Positions 1-14,090 of a stretch of 64,000 nt of DNA are shown here, piece after piece (position 1 is the first letter of the stretch; the number at the start of each line of letters is the position of its first letter). Source of the DNA: Trichoplax sp. H2 (taxonomy: Eukaryota). Where the stretch lies: positions 1 to 64,000 of the forward strand of contig NOWV01000152.1 in assembly GCA_003344405.1 (NCBI GenBank), read 5' to 3'. Under the pieces are notes generated by a model. It searched no databases. It saw only the letters and a program-made list of their open reading frames with translations, and was not told the origin of the DNA. The translations under genes were made by a program, and so were the position numbers.

Positions 1-429
1 CTTGTAAAATAATGAAGAAGAAAAGATGGCGACATGATGATTTGGCAGGGTAAAACTTAAAGACACTATCACTTTGTAGGTATTTTGTATAGTAAAATAA
101 TACTAATTACATACTAAAAACTACAAAGGACTCTACTTTTAGTCCTTTTACTACAGGATGTTAATAAAATGTTGTCAAATTATGCAAAGTAAACTTGCAA
201 ATGAGTGTTCAATCATAATATTACTACTCAGCAATGGTTAATATAATTTTAATCTGTCCAGTAGCATTATTCTTCACATTAGGATATGTAGAGCAGATAT
301 TATAATTGCCGAATTACTAATGTAGTGCCCGGCTATTACCGGGATATATATAATGTCGAATGGTAATACTAACTATTAATTATTAACAAATGGGTACTTT
401 ATCAAATGCCCCACCCACCCGTACAATTA

Positions 430-520
430 ACAGTACTGTACTGTAGTAAAAGTACTGTACAGTATTGCAGTACTGTACTGTACAGTACTGTACTGTACAG
501 CATACAGTACAGTACACGGA
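430..520. repeat. CAGTA/TACTG-rich island
   Basis: Dense pentamer repeats in both orientations. Confidence 0.85.
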
Positions 521-600
521 TACACGGTAAAAAGTTACTGAACCTCTGACAGGTCTATCAAATGGTAACACTATCTGTTAAATGAGCACATTATCGTAAA

Positions 601-632
601 CCGTCAGCAAAGCGACGGGAGTTTGCACTAGT
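601..632 (+). mobile_element. Helitron-like 3' terminus (GC-rich hairpin followed by CTAG|T)
   Basis: ccgtc-a-gc-aaa-gc-gacgg hairpin at 601-618, then a 9-nt spacer, CTAG at 628-631 and T. Confidence 0.5.
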
Positions 633-2258
633 ATTGATTGAAAGCTAAGTTTTATAACACTATCCACTTTTGCGACGTCTAAATTTGGTGATTTAATATC
701 AAAAGAGGGAGATTTATAATTATCGTCAATGACGACTTTGTGACTACCTAATAAATTAAATTAAGTATTCAACTGAAGTAATATTTTTGTTTCAGTATAG
801 AAAGTAGTGGCTTTAAATTTTAAGATTCTTAAATGAATGCTATATGTGTTGATTCTGTCAATTGTTCCTTTATGACATTCGACAGCAAGATTCCGGCATT
901 AGTATTATACAATTTAAAACTTCAAAGTTTTAATCCTCCAGTTTTATGACTTTGAGAATTACGGAAATTAACTTGATTGCGCAATTAGATCAATTCAATT
1001 AAACCAAAGACGTAGTAATAAGAATAGCCGTTATAGAATTAGTCTTGATACACGGCACATTGGTAATCTCTGTAGCATTTGAAATAAGGAAATAGCAAGT
1101 AGAAGATTTCGTATTGACTCGGTTAATGAATACCATCAATGGCTTTATGAAATTGGTGAATAGGCATGATTTAATGATAGTCAAGTATGTATAGTTTTAA
1201 TCATTTTATTTATCGGAAGTTAGGTTGAGAGTTTCCAATTATTTTTATAGGGTACCTAAAACAATTTATAGTTGGTCTATTAGGTAAAAAAGGGGGTAAA
1301 TATTATCTATCTTGATAGAAAATTATCTAGATATAATAAATAGGACTAGGCGAATACCTTTCGAGCTCTTTTTGCCGGCAAGTTTATCCAATATTTAAGA
1401 GAGAAGTTGACAGTGCTAGAAGCTTCTTCGGCCATGTTCTGATGTGTTTGTATTTAAATGCAACATTACAATTCAATCATAGAATTTTGAATTACCTTTA
1501 CCTAGTAATTGGTACTATCCCTGATATTGCCGGAAAATAAAATTGAATAAGTCTATAATTAAAAAATCGGCGTCAAATACTTTATAATTCCTTCTTTTAC
1601 TATTTTTCGCGATCCTCAACATTATTTCACAGAAATATAAGCTTATTAGAGATGAGCATTAATTATCTTCATTTACTTGAAATTTTTCTGTCAATGAATA
1701 TCTATGTTTGTTGATTAGTTCTTTACTATATTTAGTAAATGATTTTGATATCCGATTGGTCTTATAATTATTTATTTTTATTGTCATTAACAATCAGTGA
1801 CATAAAATTTCTTGGCAAACGCTACAGTAAACAATAAACATCATTATTAAAGTTGTGGCATATCGTTTAGTGCGGTGTTTATCGTTTATTGCTGGCTACA
1901 TCTATCTTGCTAATTGATTATATTAGAAGAGTATATTAATGATTTACGATAGAAATAAGGTAAGATGATAGATTGGGGCATTAATCATATACGAAATGGA
2001 ATAGGCATCAACAAAATTATGTTAACATGATTTGTTGCAGTAGGCATTAACTTGTATGTTTGTCTTCCAACCCATTTCTTTGAATCATGATTGATTTTTT
2101 TATTATTTTACCATTAACTTCGAAAAATATATAGAGCCTAAATTTAATTGTTAAATGCAATTAAAGAAAACAAAAACGTAATAATAGGAGAGAGAACACA
2201 CACGAACAAGAAAAAGAAATCTAAAACGTACTCGCAACCAAGAGAAAGCAATTTTGCA

Positions 2259-5200
2259 ATGCAAGCCGAAAATCGTTGTGATCGTCAAGAAAGAGCCGTT
2301 GGTGCTTCTCCTAGCAAATATGCCGAATTTTTTAGTGTTAGTCCTGGAGAGAGTGATAGTGATAATATCAATTACATTCCAACTACTCTTGGCAAAAATC
2401 GATGCTGGTTAAGAGATGATCCTGGTCACGACAGTAGCCGACGAATACAAATGTTTAAAATATGTATATTGATTTTGATACCATGTATTGGCCTTGCTGT
2501 TAGCACGATTATTACCTTACTTGCCGATGCCACTGAATATAGAAAGACTACCGAACTGAGTAATGAAATTATTGCTAGTATCAAATTAGGAAATTTAATT
2601 CACTACTTACAGATCGAACGTGGACAGACAGTACTTCTAGTTAGCTCAAAGTATGATAAAATAGTGTTTGTCAATGTCGTTAAACGCCGATTAGAAACGA
2701 ACAACGCCATCAAAGAGGTCGATCCATGGCCGATAAATGACTCGACATCTAGCTATTTATCCAATAGTACTAGTTTACGTAATTATTTAGATGCTCATCG
2801 TGATTCAGTTGTTGATATGGCAAACACAACCATTGATAGTGAACTAAAATTTTATTCTGATGTCAACAGAGAAATTTTAAATTGGATATCTAGGCGATTA
2901 CGCAATGCAAGGACAGAAATTTTATGGAATAATTTAGTCTCGTATCAGTTGTTTTTAAGCGGTAAAGAAGAAACTGGGATTGAACGCGCTCTTGGCGGTG
3001 TCTATTTTTCACAATCACAACTAAGTCATTTACAAATTCTCCATTATTATTCTAGATTACAGCGTGGACAAATGAGTATTAACTCTTCACGTCAATATTC
3101 AACTTATCTCGATAATCTCTATAAGGTCTACGTATTAAATGCTAGTGTATATGATCAATTGCAAATGCTACGCAAAGATATTATTGCTAATACATATCAT
3201 CAGCCATCAGTTACATATGCCTCTTACTGGTTTGAAAATATTACAATGTATATTGACCAACTCAAAACAATTCAAGATCTAACTGCATATTACATTCAAG
3301 CTGCATCGATAAGAATTGGCAATGCTGCTTACGTTAATTTTGTCATGTCTCTAATATTGTTGATTGTGGTTGCGATTGTATGCCCGCTTTTAATTTATTT
3401 TATATCAAAATTATTAAATCATATACAGTCATACGCCATTAATTTGGCTGATAAAACGCGCAAACTTGAACGAGAAAGACGAAAAACTGATAATTTACTA
3501 TGTGAAATGTTACCAAGATCAGTTGCTGATCAATTAAAACGTGGTAACCACGTTATTGCAGAATCTTACGATAATGTTACACTCTACTTTAGTGATATAG
3601 TTGGCTTTACTAATATTTGCCATCATAGTACTGCTCTCGAGGTAGTCAATATGCTTAATTATATTTACATCAATTTTGATAGTCAAATTGAAAAATACAA
3701 TGTCTATAAAGTGGAAACTATTGGCGATGCTTATATGGTTGTATCAGGAGTACCCAGTCGCTTGTCAGGGAATCGACATGCTGCGGAGATTGCCAACATG
3801 GCTATCGATCTTTTAGATGTAATGAAAGACTTAAGAGCGCCACATAAACCCGAAATCAAGATACAGTTACGCTCTGGGATTCATTCTGGTACAGTAATTA
3901 ATTTTATCATCCTTGTAAAGTAACCTATTGAATAGTATATTTAATTAAAAATATTTCAGTATTACCTAAATTGACTTATTGTTATGCTATATTAAATTTT
4001 GATTAGATTAAATCAACTGTCGTATTCAGTTTTGACATCATTTTCTAGTTGCGTAGTGTAGGTCAAGGGTCAAAAGCACATTAATTATTTGTAGTATATT
4101 CTTTTATAAGTCTAATTATTTAATCTGATGACATTTTTTCCAAATTTTGACATTATTCTACTAGTGGTATCAGGTTATAAGAAAATATAACATTAATTGT
4201 ATGAAATTTTTATTATTTCGGAAAAGTTTCCTGTTTATAGTTAGGGATTCAATAGATACAATAACTGTTTATATTTAGTCAGGGAGCAATTCGATTAATG
4301 TAGTTATTATGAAATGGAATCGACGAATGATATTTTTAAATTGACATGATTGAATTTCTGTTGTCCGAATTACGCAGTGGCTGATCGATATTCTGGGAAT
4401 TGATGGTAAATAGGGAAATCTTTATTCTTAACTGGTATTGCTTTTTGATATGATATAACAGAACAGATTTGATGTCATAGGAATATTCAAGTCATAGAAT
4501 ATTTAGCATGGTCTACTAGTAGATGAACGGAGCTAAGCCTACGCTGATACCGCCTTCCTTCTTTAATTTCTTCCTCATCTCAGGAGACATTTACTGACAT
4601 TCCCTTATTTTACCCTTCGTAGTATCATAGGAATCATTTCAAGAAAGTTATAACTTTTTAATAAATATCCTTATTTACATCAATCAAATTTCAACTTTGA
4701 ATTCTTACTATCGTTGAGTTTAGACGTCTTAATATCATAAATGTGATATTTTTCACTTTACCTGTTTATAATTATTTTATTAACAATTGAGAGAATATAA
4801 CAAGCTTTGTTTTAAACTCACTACATATAAAAACAGTTTAAAGGTATGTAGCGCTAAAGTGACTGATCAAACTTTTACTAAAAATTTTTAATCAATTCCC
4901 CATTTAGGAAAGTAGATTTGAACCTTTTATAGATTGTATATTAATTGGTAATATAGAATTAGTTTTACGGTAAGAATATCATCGTTGGTTGTGATTATGT
5001 TTAAATATTAAAAGAATAAGCAGATGTCTATGTAAAGGTGGAAAAGTCTTGATCATTATAGATCTGATATGAATGTTCGATTCTTATTATATGGGAGAGA
5101 TTTGTTATAAGTGTGTTTACTACAATGCCTGATTTAGGAATAAGGTACTCCAGTTATTAGCTAGACTATAGATGATAACAGAGTTTCTAACACCGAATGA

Positions 5201-6890
5201 GATCTAATTTAATTTAGCTTACTCATAACTTACACTGTGAACTGCAGATATAATAATAGGATAAGAAAGTGAGTAAAGTAATAAGACGCAATGTGATAGC
5301 AGATACATAATATGTATAATGTTTCTGTGACTTAAAACAAAATTATTACATGCTTTATTATTTACGATCACCTTTTTGATAACAGTCTAGAGATTAAATA
5401 TCCTAAATGGTCATATTTTATTTGGTATAATTTGCCCTATTGATTTATTATTAGACTGAATTTTGTAATCTTAGAATACACTAAGAAGGTGTTTTTAAAA
5501 TATTAGATTAAGACATTTCCAAAATATTATTCGGTATTCACATCATATTTGTAAGTAACTACTGTCTATATTAGTTTATTGATAATCATTCGTAATATTG
5601 TATCTATTTCTTATTGATCTTAATGATCTATAGTATATTTTATATAATGTATTTTATCACAGGTAAAAATATATTGCAGTATGCATGCTTGTAACTCAGC
5701 TGAAATAATTAGATAGATTATAAAGATATATTAAAAAGTTGTCTACAGGATAAAAAGCTGACTTGTACCGCTTAGAGTAGTACAGAAACTATTATTAGAA
5801 GAGTAATTCTACTTAATTTCAAATCATAATACTGATTTTCTGCATCAAAGAGGGAAAAGATTACCTATTTTATATTATCTCATATTGTCACAACCTAGGT
5901 TGAGAGAGTGCTATATGAGATTACTTATCTTTATCGTCGCATTTCAAGCTAGAATAGGCTTGGGCTATGTAATTTTCTATTTAGTATGCTGCTAGGAATG
6001 TAGTAGCATTATTACTATATAAGTATATAAATAGTATGCACAGTTTCGGTATGTGCCCTTCGTACATGTATTTAATTCTTCATATACTTTGCTGACTGTA
6101 ACGACAGGCAATCATACGTGTACTTTTGATAGTATTGTTACTATCGCCTAAGTAATATATTTGATACTTAAATTATCATGTCTAATAAAAATACATACTG
6201 TAAATAATGTAATCAGCGCTGCTGTCAATTACACAATCAGATTGTTAGCTTATTTTATATCAAAAATTGCATTAAAAGTATTCAGCTACCTAAATCTATT
6301 TTTTTAAAATGTACTTTTAAATAGGTTCTGTAGCAGCTGGTGTAGTTGGTAGGAAAATGCCACGCTATTGCTTATTCGGAGATGCAGTCAATGTTGCTTC
6401 TCGTATGGAATCATTAGGAGATGGTATAGTTACTACATATCGAAATTTTAACAAAGAAAAATTGTGGTTATTTACTTAGACTAAGATATTGTTATCAAAT
6501 TCATTGTTTAGCTTCCAAAATTCACTGTAGTGAGAGCACGTATAACATCTTATCTAATCATGGCATTTATGATTTCCAACCGAGAGGAGAAATGAACGTA
6601 AAGGTTAGCGATCATAGATGTTACTTATTATAGGCGCCAATAGGTCAGATTAAGATCAGTAGATTTACTTAATTGGATGATTTTAAATTGCATAAACGTA
6701 AGATAGATTGTTTTACTCAGAAGAAGGGCTTGCTTTATACAATTGTAAATACTGCTGCTTGAGAACCATTGTTTATATTCTATTCCGTTAATGACATAAA
6801 TATTTCTCTACGTTATTATAGGGCCTAGGGGTCATGAGAACGTTTTGGCTTATTGGAAAAATAATTACTTTTAATACTGTGATAAGTTGA
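2259..6890 (+). CDS. NIT-domain transmembrane guanylate cyclase (TM-NIT-TM-coiled coil-class III cyclase). Exons ~2259-3888, 6325-6423, 6512-6603, 6822-6890.
   Basis: NIT-like motifs [21 protein letters not shown] and [12 protein letters not shown] lie between two hydrophobic segments. Cyclase motifs [23 protein letters not shown] and GIHSG are followed by in-frame GT-AG exons encoding [39 protein letters not shown] and MRTFWL. The E and C residues indicate GTP specificity. Confidence 0.9.
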
Positions 6891-9030
6891 AATGCTGATA
6901 GATATAAAAGTTTCCCTAGTAGAAAGAGTTGAAAATTTTTCACTTCGTGATTCAAATTCTGTGGGGTGCGATGTGTAGGCCAAACTATAATTAAAGAAGT
7001 AAGCGAAGCTATGCAGTGATCTATAATATTTATTACTCAGATAATGAGATAATTACAGATGATAATTATCGTGTCTTAAAACATTTCGAACATCTTATAT
7101 TGAATATTTAAACAATTTAGACTCTACGGCTTTCATAATCATTTATACCACAAGTTAGTATCGTAACTTTAAATTTTGACACTGACTGAAATAATAACGC
7201 ACTGCATGTGTTTTCAAATCTTTATTAACCCAAAATTTTCAGTTCTGATGGGATAATTTACAATATTAATAATAAGACAAAGGCTTTCTGATAGTTTAAT
7301 CTACTGTAACTCGAAATTTACATTTAAGAAAGTACTACGAAGGATTGATGAGTCAGACATAGGTAGATTTGTCTCTCTAATTCAGAGCTAATATTATACT
7401 ACATATTCTGCTATAAGTTGAATATGTATACTTAAATTTCAAGGGTCATATTTATCCTATGTATATCTTGCTGAAATTAAAATTTGGATTATGATTGTTT
7501 AAAGATAAGGCTTTTGCGACTATCAACGTTCCCGATGTTATAAATAATATCGATTATGTATTATTGCAATTGTGTTAATTATAGGTTACTTTTGAATATG
7601 TTGCCAATCTATGATATCAGCTATTAAGTAAAAGGATAAGTGCAACAATAAAATTTAAAAATTTCATGTTATCGATCAATATGCGATCTTTTATGAATAT
7701 TTATCTTCCTAATTTCACCACTATTACTATTTAGGACCATAGTTAAATTGTAAATCTGGCGTAACTGTAGTTAGTTATGCCTACTTTCAGCATTTATGAA
7801 CGAGCTTGTAAGTTGATAGTTGCAACAACATGGAATTTTAAGATGAAAATATTGAGGTAATTTGTTAAATTAGATAACGTCTATGGTGATGCTGAAATGA
7901 ATCAAAAAAGTAATGCTGTAATGATTAGTTATTATAGTGTACATCATGAAAATACAGAAATAACTATTAGTATACATTTTCACTGCGAAGTACTTGCTAT
8001 CGCACGCAATGAAATAGTAAATACATATGTTCGGTTTATTAGCTTATCAGACCATAGTCTTCTAAATCATCAAAAGATTGATATATGAAGAACAAGAGTT
8101 CTATTATAATTAAAAAAGCATAATGTGCCATGGTCAATATCGCACCTTGCAATTGAAGAAATTATACAGTATGTATGCACTACGGATCAAAATAGAAGAT
8201 AATAAAGTTATCAGTGGCTCTCAGGTTACGTTCATATGTAGCGCAGGTTCCACATATTTAGGATCAGTTTACAAAATTCGAAATGAAAAAGATTCATGTC
8301 GCTAAAACTATTATTTATATAGAATCTAATGATATTTTAAGTACTATAGTTCAGCAGAATAAACACTAGATTCTCCTCGTAAATGAATTTAGATAGTCAG
8401 CTTTTAATAATGTAGATTACTGTAAGTAATTAAATTTGCACATGTCATCCACTATCCTGTTGTATATAATGCATATGAAGTTAAATTATCGCTAGCGCTA
8501 GTTGGATTTGGCCAATGTCTATTACCAAACGCATTATAACAGTATTACATGGAAGCGCAGATAGAAGAAGTAGCTGCAATTTTTATTTGGTTTTCAAATG
8601 GGAATTCTGTTAAATAAAATTTAAACACCGCACTACGGCATCTTTTGAAAGATAACGTCACTGTGTCACAAAGTGTTATATTTACAGTTTCGATTTCAAA
8701 TACTTTTTTACCTTTCCATTGCTATCGCCCAAAATGACGCATTAGCGCAAAGGCGCTTAAATGTAATTTTTCGACAAATAACATGTTCACGAAAACTTGT
8801 ATGGGAAACGGAAGGATTAAATTATAAGATACAGAAGTGAATTGTATAACCTCACACGGTATTATCTTTCTTATACCGTATCCATTCATTACAGTATGGA
8901 GGTCTACATTGATATTATTAGTAGCTAATGATATTTAAATTTTTCTTTTTCATTAACCTTACAATATTTTTTGCAATGAACGTTATCTTTAGGATAATGC
9001 AAATTATTGCTTTATCTAGCTATATGTAGA

Positions 9031-12000
9031 CTATTCGTCCGAGCTAGAGCTTGAAGTTGCAAGATCGCTTAGCAAGCTAGCTCCAGCTTCTGCTTTCTCA
9101 TCAGTTTCTGATTCTTCATCTGATTCTTCATCAACTACAACATTCTCCAATTGCGACAATTTTACTTGCTATATAAAATAGCAAATGCGATAGTTAATTT
9201 AATGTCACAACCAACATATAACACTTACACACCAATTTTTACCGACCTGGTTCGCCAATTCTTCCTCGTTAAAATCACGATATTCAACAGTAAGCCGGTT
9301 ATTCACATTATCACCTTTAACATTTGCTCTCTGTTTGCTCAATTTTACCCTTTCAAATAATTTATTAAAATGACAGACTTAATCCCTAGAGAGTATTACA
9401 TCAATTACATACATGTGTTAATTGTATTACCTCCAATCTACTTCGTTATAAAATACCTTCCCATCTCTTTTTTCGAAAATATAAGTGTCCTACACATGAA
9501 AACGCATCAACGGTTGACTTTATGAGGGGCAAATATTTTTGGGTAATAATACATCTGTTGTTAATAGTGTACAAGAATGTTCAAACATTATTACATTACT
9601 TACATCGCGGCCGCTATCGCGCGATTTTACCACCCAGTTATACTCTCTCGCAAGATTGTAGTCCCTACAGTTTCTACGGACACAATACGATTTATTTTAG
9701 TGTCGAAAAATATAATAAGACGATATAATGACTCTTACTAAATTACCTAGATGTCTCACTATCTTGGTTTTCAGATACTTTCCTTTTTTTTGCATCAGTG
9801 GCTATGGGTGTATAATATCCTACAAATTGATTACCAGTATCTACTTGCATACCTCTGAGTTATATCAGTTGAAAAGTAAAAATTTAGAAATATCTACGGT
9901 ATTTATACTACAGTATAATTGCTTTTACGAAATAGCCAAAGGTTATCGTAATATATCGTACTTAATGACAGAATTAGACATTTGCTGTTCAGTTAATTTT
10001 GATCCATCAGTTAATTTAGAGGGGTCAGAATCAAAGGTGACAAGCGCAAGCGAGTACTTCCACATCTATTCAATTTTAAAAACGGACAATAAATTAATCA
10101 CGTATCAGAATCATTTATAAGAAGTGTATATTTAGCATAAGTTGAGTGGACATCATAGGAATTGAAGCACTGCATAAAATTCCGTTTGGCTATTGCAAGG
10201 AAATATTACCTCGAAGTCGGGAAATAGAGGGTAGGATCGCTTCGCAGTAACGCCAGGTTTAGTAGGATGATCTATAATCTGCGTTAAATATAAAATTTAA
10301 TCACTCGGTGGTATGCACAACGAAAGCTAAGAAATAGAGAGCTGACGGTCTCAGATATCTTACAGGCTTTTTGGTGGCTTCAAAAGTTTTCTCAATAGCT
10401 TTGATTTGACTTTCTTTATCCTGTATCAAAGCCATCAATATTTCATTACGTGACGGCAGACAGTAAAACAGAATTTTGGGGATCGCTGTAACTTTTACAG
10501 AAACATTGAACACAATCTACGCTATTCTGTTTGTTATACAAATCTGCATAAATAGATCTTTTGTAAGAGTTGCAAAAAAAATCCATATAGTCACATTGTA
10601 CTATTCTTTGACCGTAACGACTAGTGTATTAGGGTCTATGCCACATGCATTCTTTTTTGTTTTAATATTTAATTATGTTTGCTATGTAGTTTCTAATCTT
10701 ATAAAGTAATCCATGCTACCTTATACTTTTCCAAATTCTTAGCATATTTTCTGACGCTATAACCGACTCTGTTAAAGAAGTATACATTTTATAACAGCAA
10801 TCAGTAATTATAATAATAAAATTAATATGGTTGAAAATATTTATTACTTTGTTTCTGGTTTATCGGGATTCTGTGCCATTCGTACTCCTTCGTTGGATAA
10901 GTACTCATTTCGACGCATCCACGATACTGTCCTCGAATGCCTAGTCCTGGTGCGATTATAACAATATAAGTAATAAAAGTCAAATTCTCCACATAATAAA
11001 AAAAACTCAGCGCTACTGATCGTTAAAGTGCGATTACCACTTTGGTATACATCGCCAAGTAAACTAAAGTAAACAAATAGTAAATCGAAAGTTAAAATCT
11101 AATAAATCGTACCCCTTGCGATCCATGGAAGCTGATCCTTCTATCCCTAACAAGGCTTTGTCGGCATCGTCTAACTCCGCTATTATTGGCCCAAAGAAAG
11201 TAAATTGGGCACATTAACAACAGTTTACCGCGGAGGTTTTACACTTCATTAATGGGATTATGGTTATAAATTTATCCGTGTTACAGTTATCCAAACGAAC
11301 CGTCTTCATCGATTATGTAAGCGTCAGGATCAATTAAACCATTCTTAACGCCGGCATCTGTGTCAGTCAACAACTCATGCTTGTGTTCTCTTTCAAGTGA
11401 GGTAGTATTATAATCTGTAAAGCTATGAAATGTAGAATATTCTGGTTAAGTAATTTCTATCAATAGCATAAGGTATAGTTTATTGATGTCACAACGACAG
11501 GGATGAATGGTAGTACTGTAAATTGGGTATGTTATCGCTAGGATAATAAGCAAGATGTTATTAACTTTTCATAGTGTAGGATTACTTTTAACCAATCTAT
11601 TCAACATTTATGACATACAATTATTATAATTGTCGTCGTATAACAGTATTGCCTTTTCTTTTACAGCAAATCAGTGATTTACGTTAAGATAATTTTATTA
11701 CATACATATGATGCATAAAAGAATGTACTATACATACGTAGACGGTCCATCAGCAGAGAGATTTTAAATAGAACTTACCGATTATTTTCAAACGGATAGC
11801 GTAGAAATTTGGGATCAAATGGAATATCAGGGAGTGTATTTCGGTATTTGATACGGCAGAGAAGGTCAGATCTATAGGAGATTGGAAGTTACATTATTAA
11901 AATTTATAGATATTATCAAATAATTTTCAACTAGAGAACCGTATTCTAGACGCTGTAATCGAACTTAAATTTGCTTAGTGTAGAATTATTCATAACTGAT

Positions 12001-12625
12001 TTTGATAATCATGATACGTGCTGACATTTGTCTACTGTCATTAGGATTAGAAAGATAAAGAAAATATATGTCGCAGAGATATTACAGCTAAGATGAATAT
12101 ATCAAATTGATTTACTCGTATCGCGTTTATTACAGTACAAGCAGTTGCTTTAGTGCAATGAGATATACAGTATAATGTGCCTGCACAGTAGATTACCGAT
12201 ACAGAATATTGCCATTGCCAAGTAAAGCAATGAATCTAGGTTAGCTGTCACAATTATGATGATATTTTCAAGATAAGCATTACTGCTATAGAAGCTCGAG
12301 CAAAATACAGTCATTTTGCTGGTGTGTTAGCCGAGGACTTACTTCGATTGCCGTGATGAAGACCTGTCAATACAAATTAATAATAAATGAAAAGGACATT
12401 TCGTTAAAGTAAGTACACGAAGCAATTATTCACTTTTTATTAAGATTATTCAATATCGGAATAATTGTAAAATAAATTGAGAATATTGGATATTCGATTA
12501 CGGTACAAAACAACGTTGCCATGTTTTTACATCGACTAAAGTGAGATCCAGCAAGTTTAAAACAAGATTTATTAAGACGCTATTTACCTTACAGAATGAG
12601 AGCTGTCTCGATTTCCTGTTGGCAT
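9031..12625 (-). CDS. PAF1: RNA polymerase II-associated factor 1 (multi-exon)
   Basis: Spliced peptides [70 protein letters not shown] and REYNW, plus an acidic C-terminal tail. Junction phases are consistent. Confidence 0.93.
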
Positions 12626-12678
12626 TTTCTAGTTTATTAAAATGGATGGTTAATATAATCACTTTAAGTATTGAGATG

Positions 12679-12702
12679 TCATCATCATCATCATCATCAT
12701 CA
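12679..12702. repeat. (TCA)8 microsatellite just upstream of the PAF1 start
   Basis: tcatcatca... read directly from the sequence. Confidence 0.9.
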
Positions 12703-12949
12703 ACAAGTTTGGTTTAGATCAATGACGAAAATGAAACGGACTCTTTGTCCAATACTTGAATTTAGTATTGGTTATGCATCGATCTTACAGCAGAATTGCA
12801 CTGGTGCAGTGGTCCTACCTGTTCCTGATTGATTGATGTTGTATTCAGTGATGCTGGTAGTAAGAAATTGAAGCACTAGATCGATTGCACAATGCGTTTT
12901 AGGAAAGCATTTAATGGCGGAGCTCCTTTGCCGAGTGTAGCAGAACAGT

Positions 12950-14090
12950 GCTCTGCCAAGAGGACTGGTCCAGTACGGTACTGGACTGTCTTGGCTCGAG
13001 CTGTATCGTACTGATTGCATCTCCGTCTTTACCCTACCGTACTGTACACTGTACAGTACAGTACAGTGCGCTTTCTCGTCCGCTTTTTACTGTACTGTAC
13101 TGTACACTGTACGTACACTACTGTACCATATACAGTACTGTAGCCAATCGCCGAAAATCAATAGGTCTGTATCGTATCTTCTAGGTCTGTATGCGTATCA
13201 GTATAGTATCTTCTAGGCGTTCAGTGAATACTGTGTACACTGTACTGTACAGTACGAAAATGGAAAAGTCCATTACAATACAGTACTGTTGAGAATTTTT
13301 ACAGATTTTACTTAAAAATTAGAACAAATCTATAGAAATGAAAGCCAGATTGACATTCCCGAGTTATTGGGCTACATCAATATATAAGATGTAGCCTACT
13401 TTGGGCTTGCTTTAGTCTACACGGCTTATTTTCCAGTCCCATGTTAACCCCGCTGTGTACAGTGTACAGTACAATAGTGTACTGTACTTCAGACAGATGG
13501 ACTATTGGTACTCAATGAGGCTGTCAAGCGAAAAATGACTACTGTACTGTACTTAGTATGGATCTTCCATGTCTATTTTCGAAATCACCAGCATTCATTT
13601 CGATCGCGTCTACGATCTTATATTACTTTTTTCAAGTAGAAATTTTGAATAGATAATAAGATTCAATGTAATATTACTTCATTTAGAAAACATGAGTCCA
13701 TTTAAAATCGACTATCTGCATACTAAAGTACTGCCTTTTGGACGAGATGAGGCCGAAAATATCTGTCCGTCCAATGATCTTTTTCTTCTAGTAGTCCATC
13801 AGTCAGTCCATGATACACCGAGTAAAACAGATTCATGTGGTACTGTACAGTACTGTACTGTACTGTACAGGTTACACAACAATCTCTACAGTACTTTATT
13901 GTTATACTGTACTGTACACTGTACAGGCTCTATAAATGCTCTGTAAAATGGAAAGACTTACAGTACCGTACAGTACCGCACGGTACTGTGGTTAGAGGAC
14001 TTGCACGGAGACAACGCCATTGGACTCTACTGTATGGGCAGTTGTTGAGTAGTTCTTGTCAGTATACGATAGGACGGATGGACGGATAGT
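12950..14090. repeat. CAGTA/TACTG-rich island containing a dispersed-repeat core
   Basis: Many tactgtacagta palindromes. The core at 13555-13810 resembles 46428-46697. Confidence 0.8.

Noticed and set aside
383-571. ORFs rich in TVQYC/YSTV (also 12948-13184, 13692-14089, 46801-47040, 57882-58205)
   Set aside because: These are translations of the CAGTA pentamer repeats, not proteins.
2148-2258. TTG-initiated N-terminal extension of the cyclase ORF in the track
   Set aside because: Eukaryotic gene. The first in-frame ATG is at 2259, and the track's end at 3923 runs into the intron.
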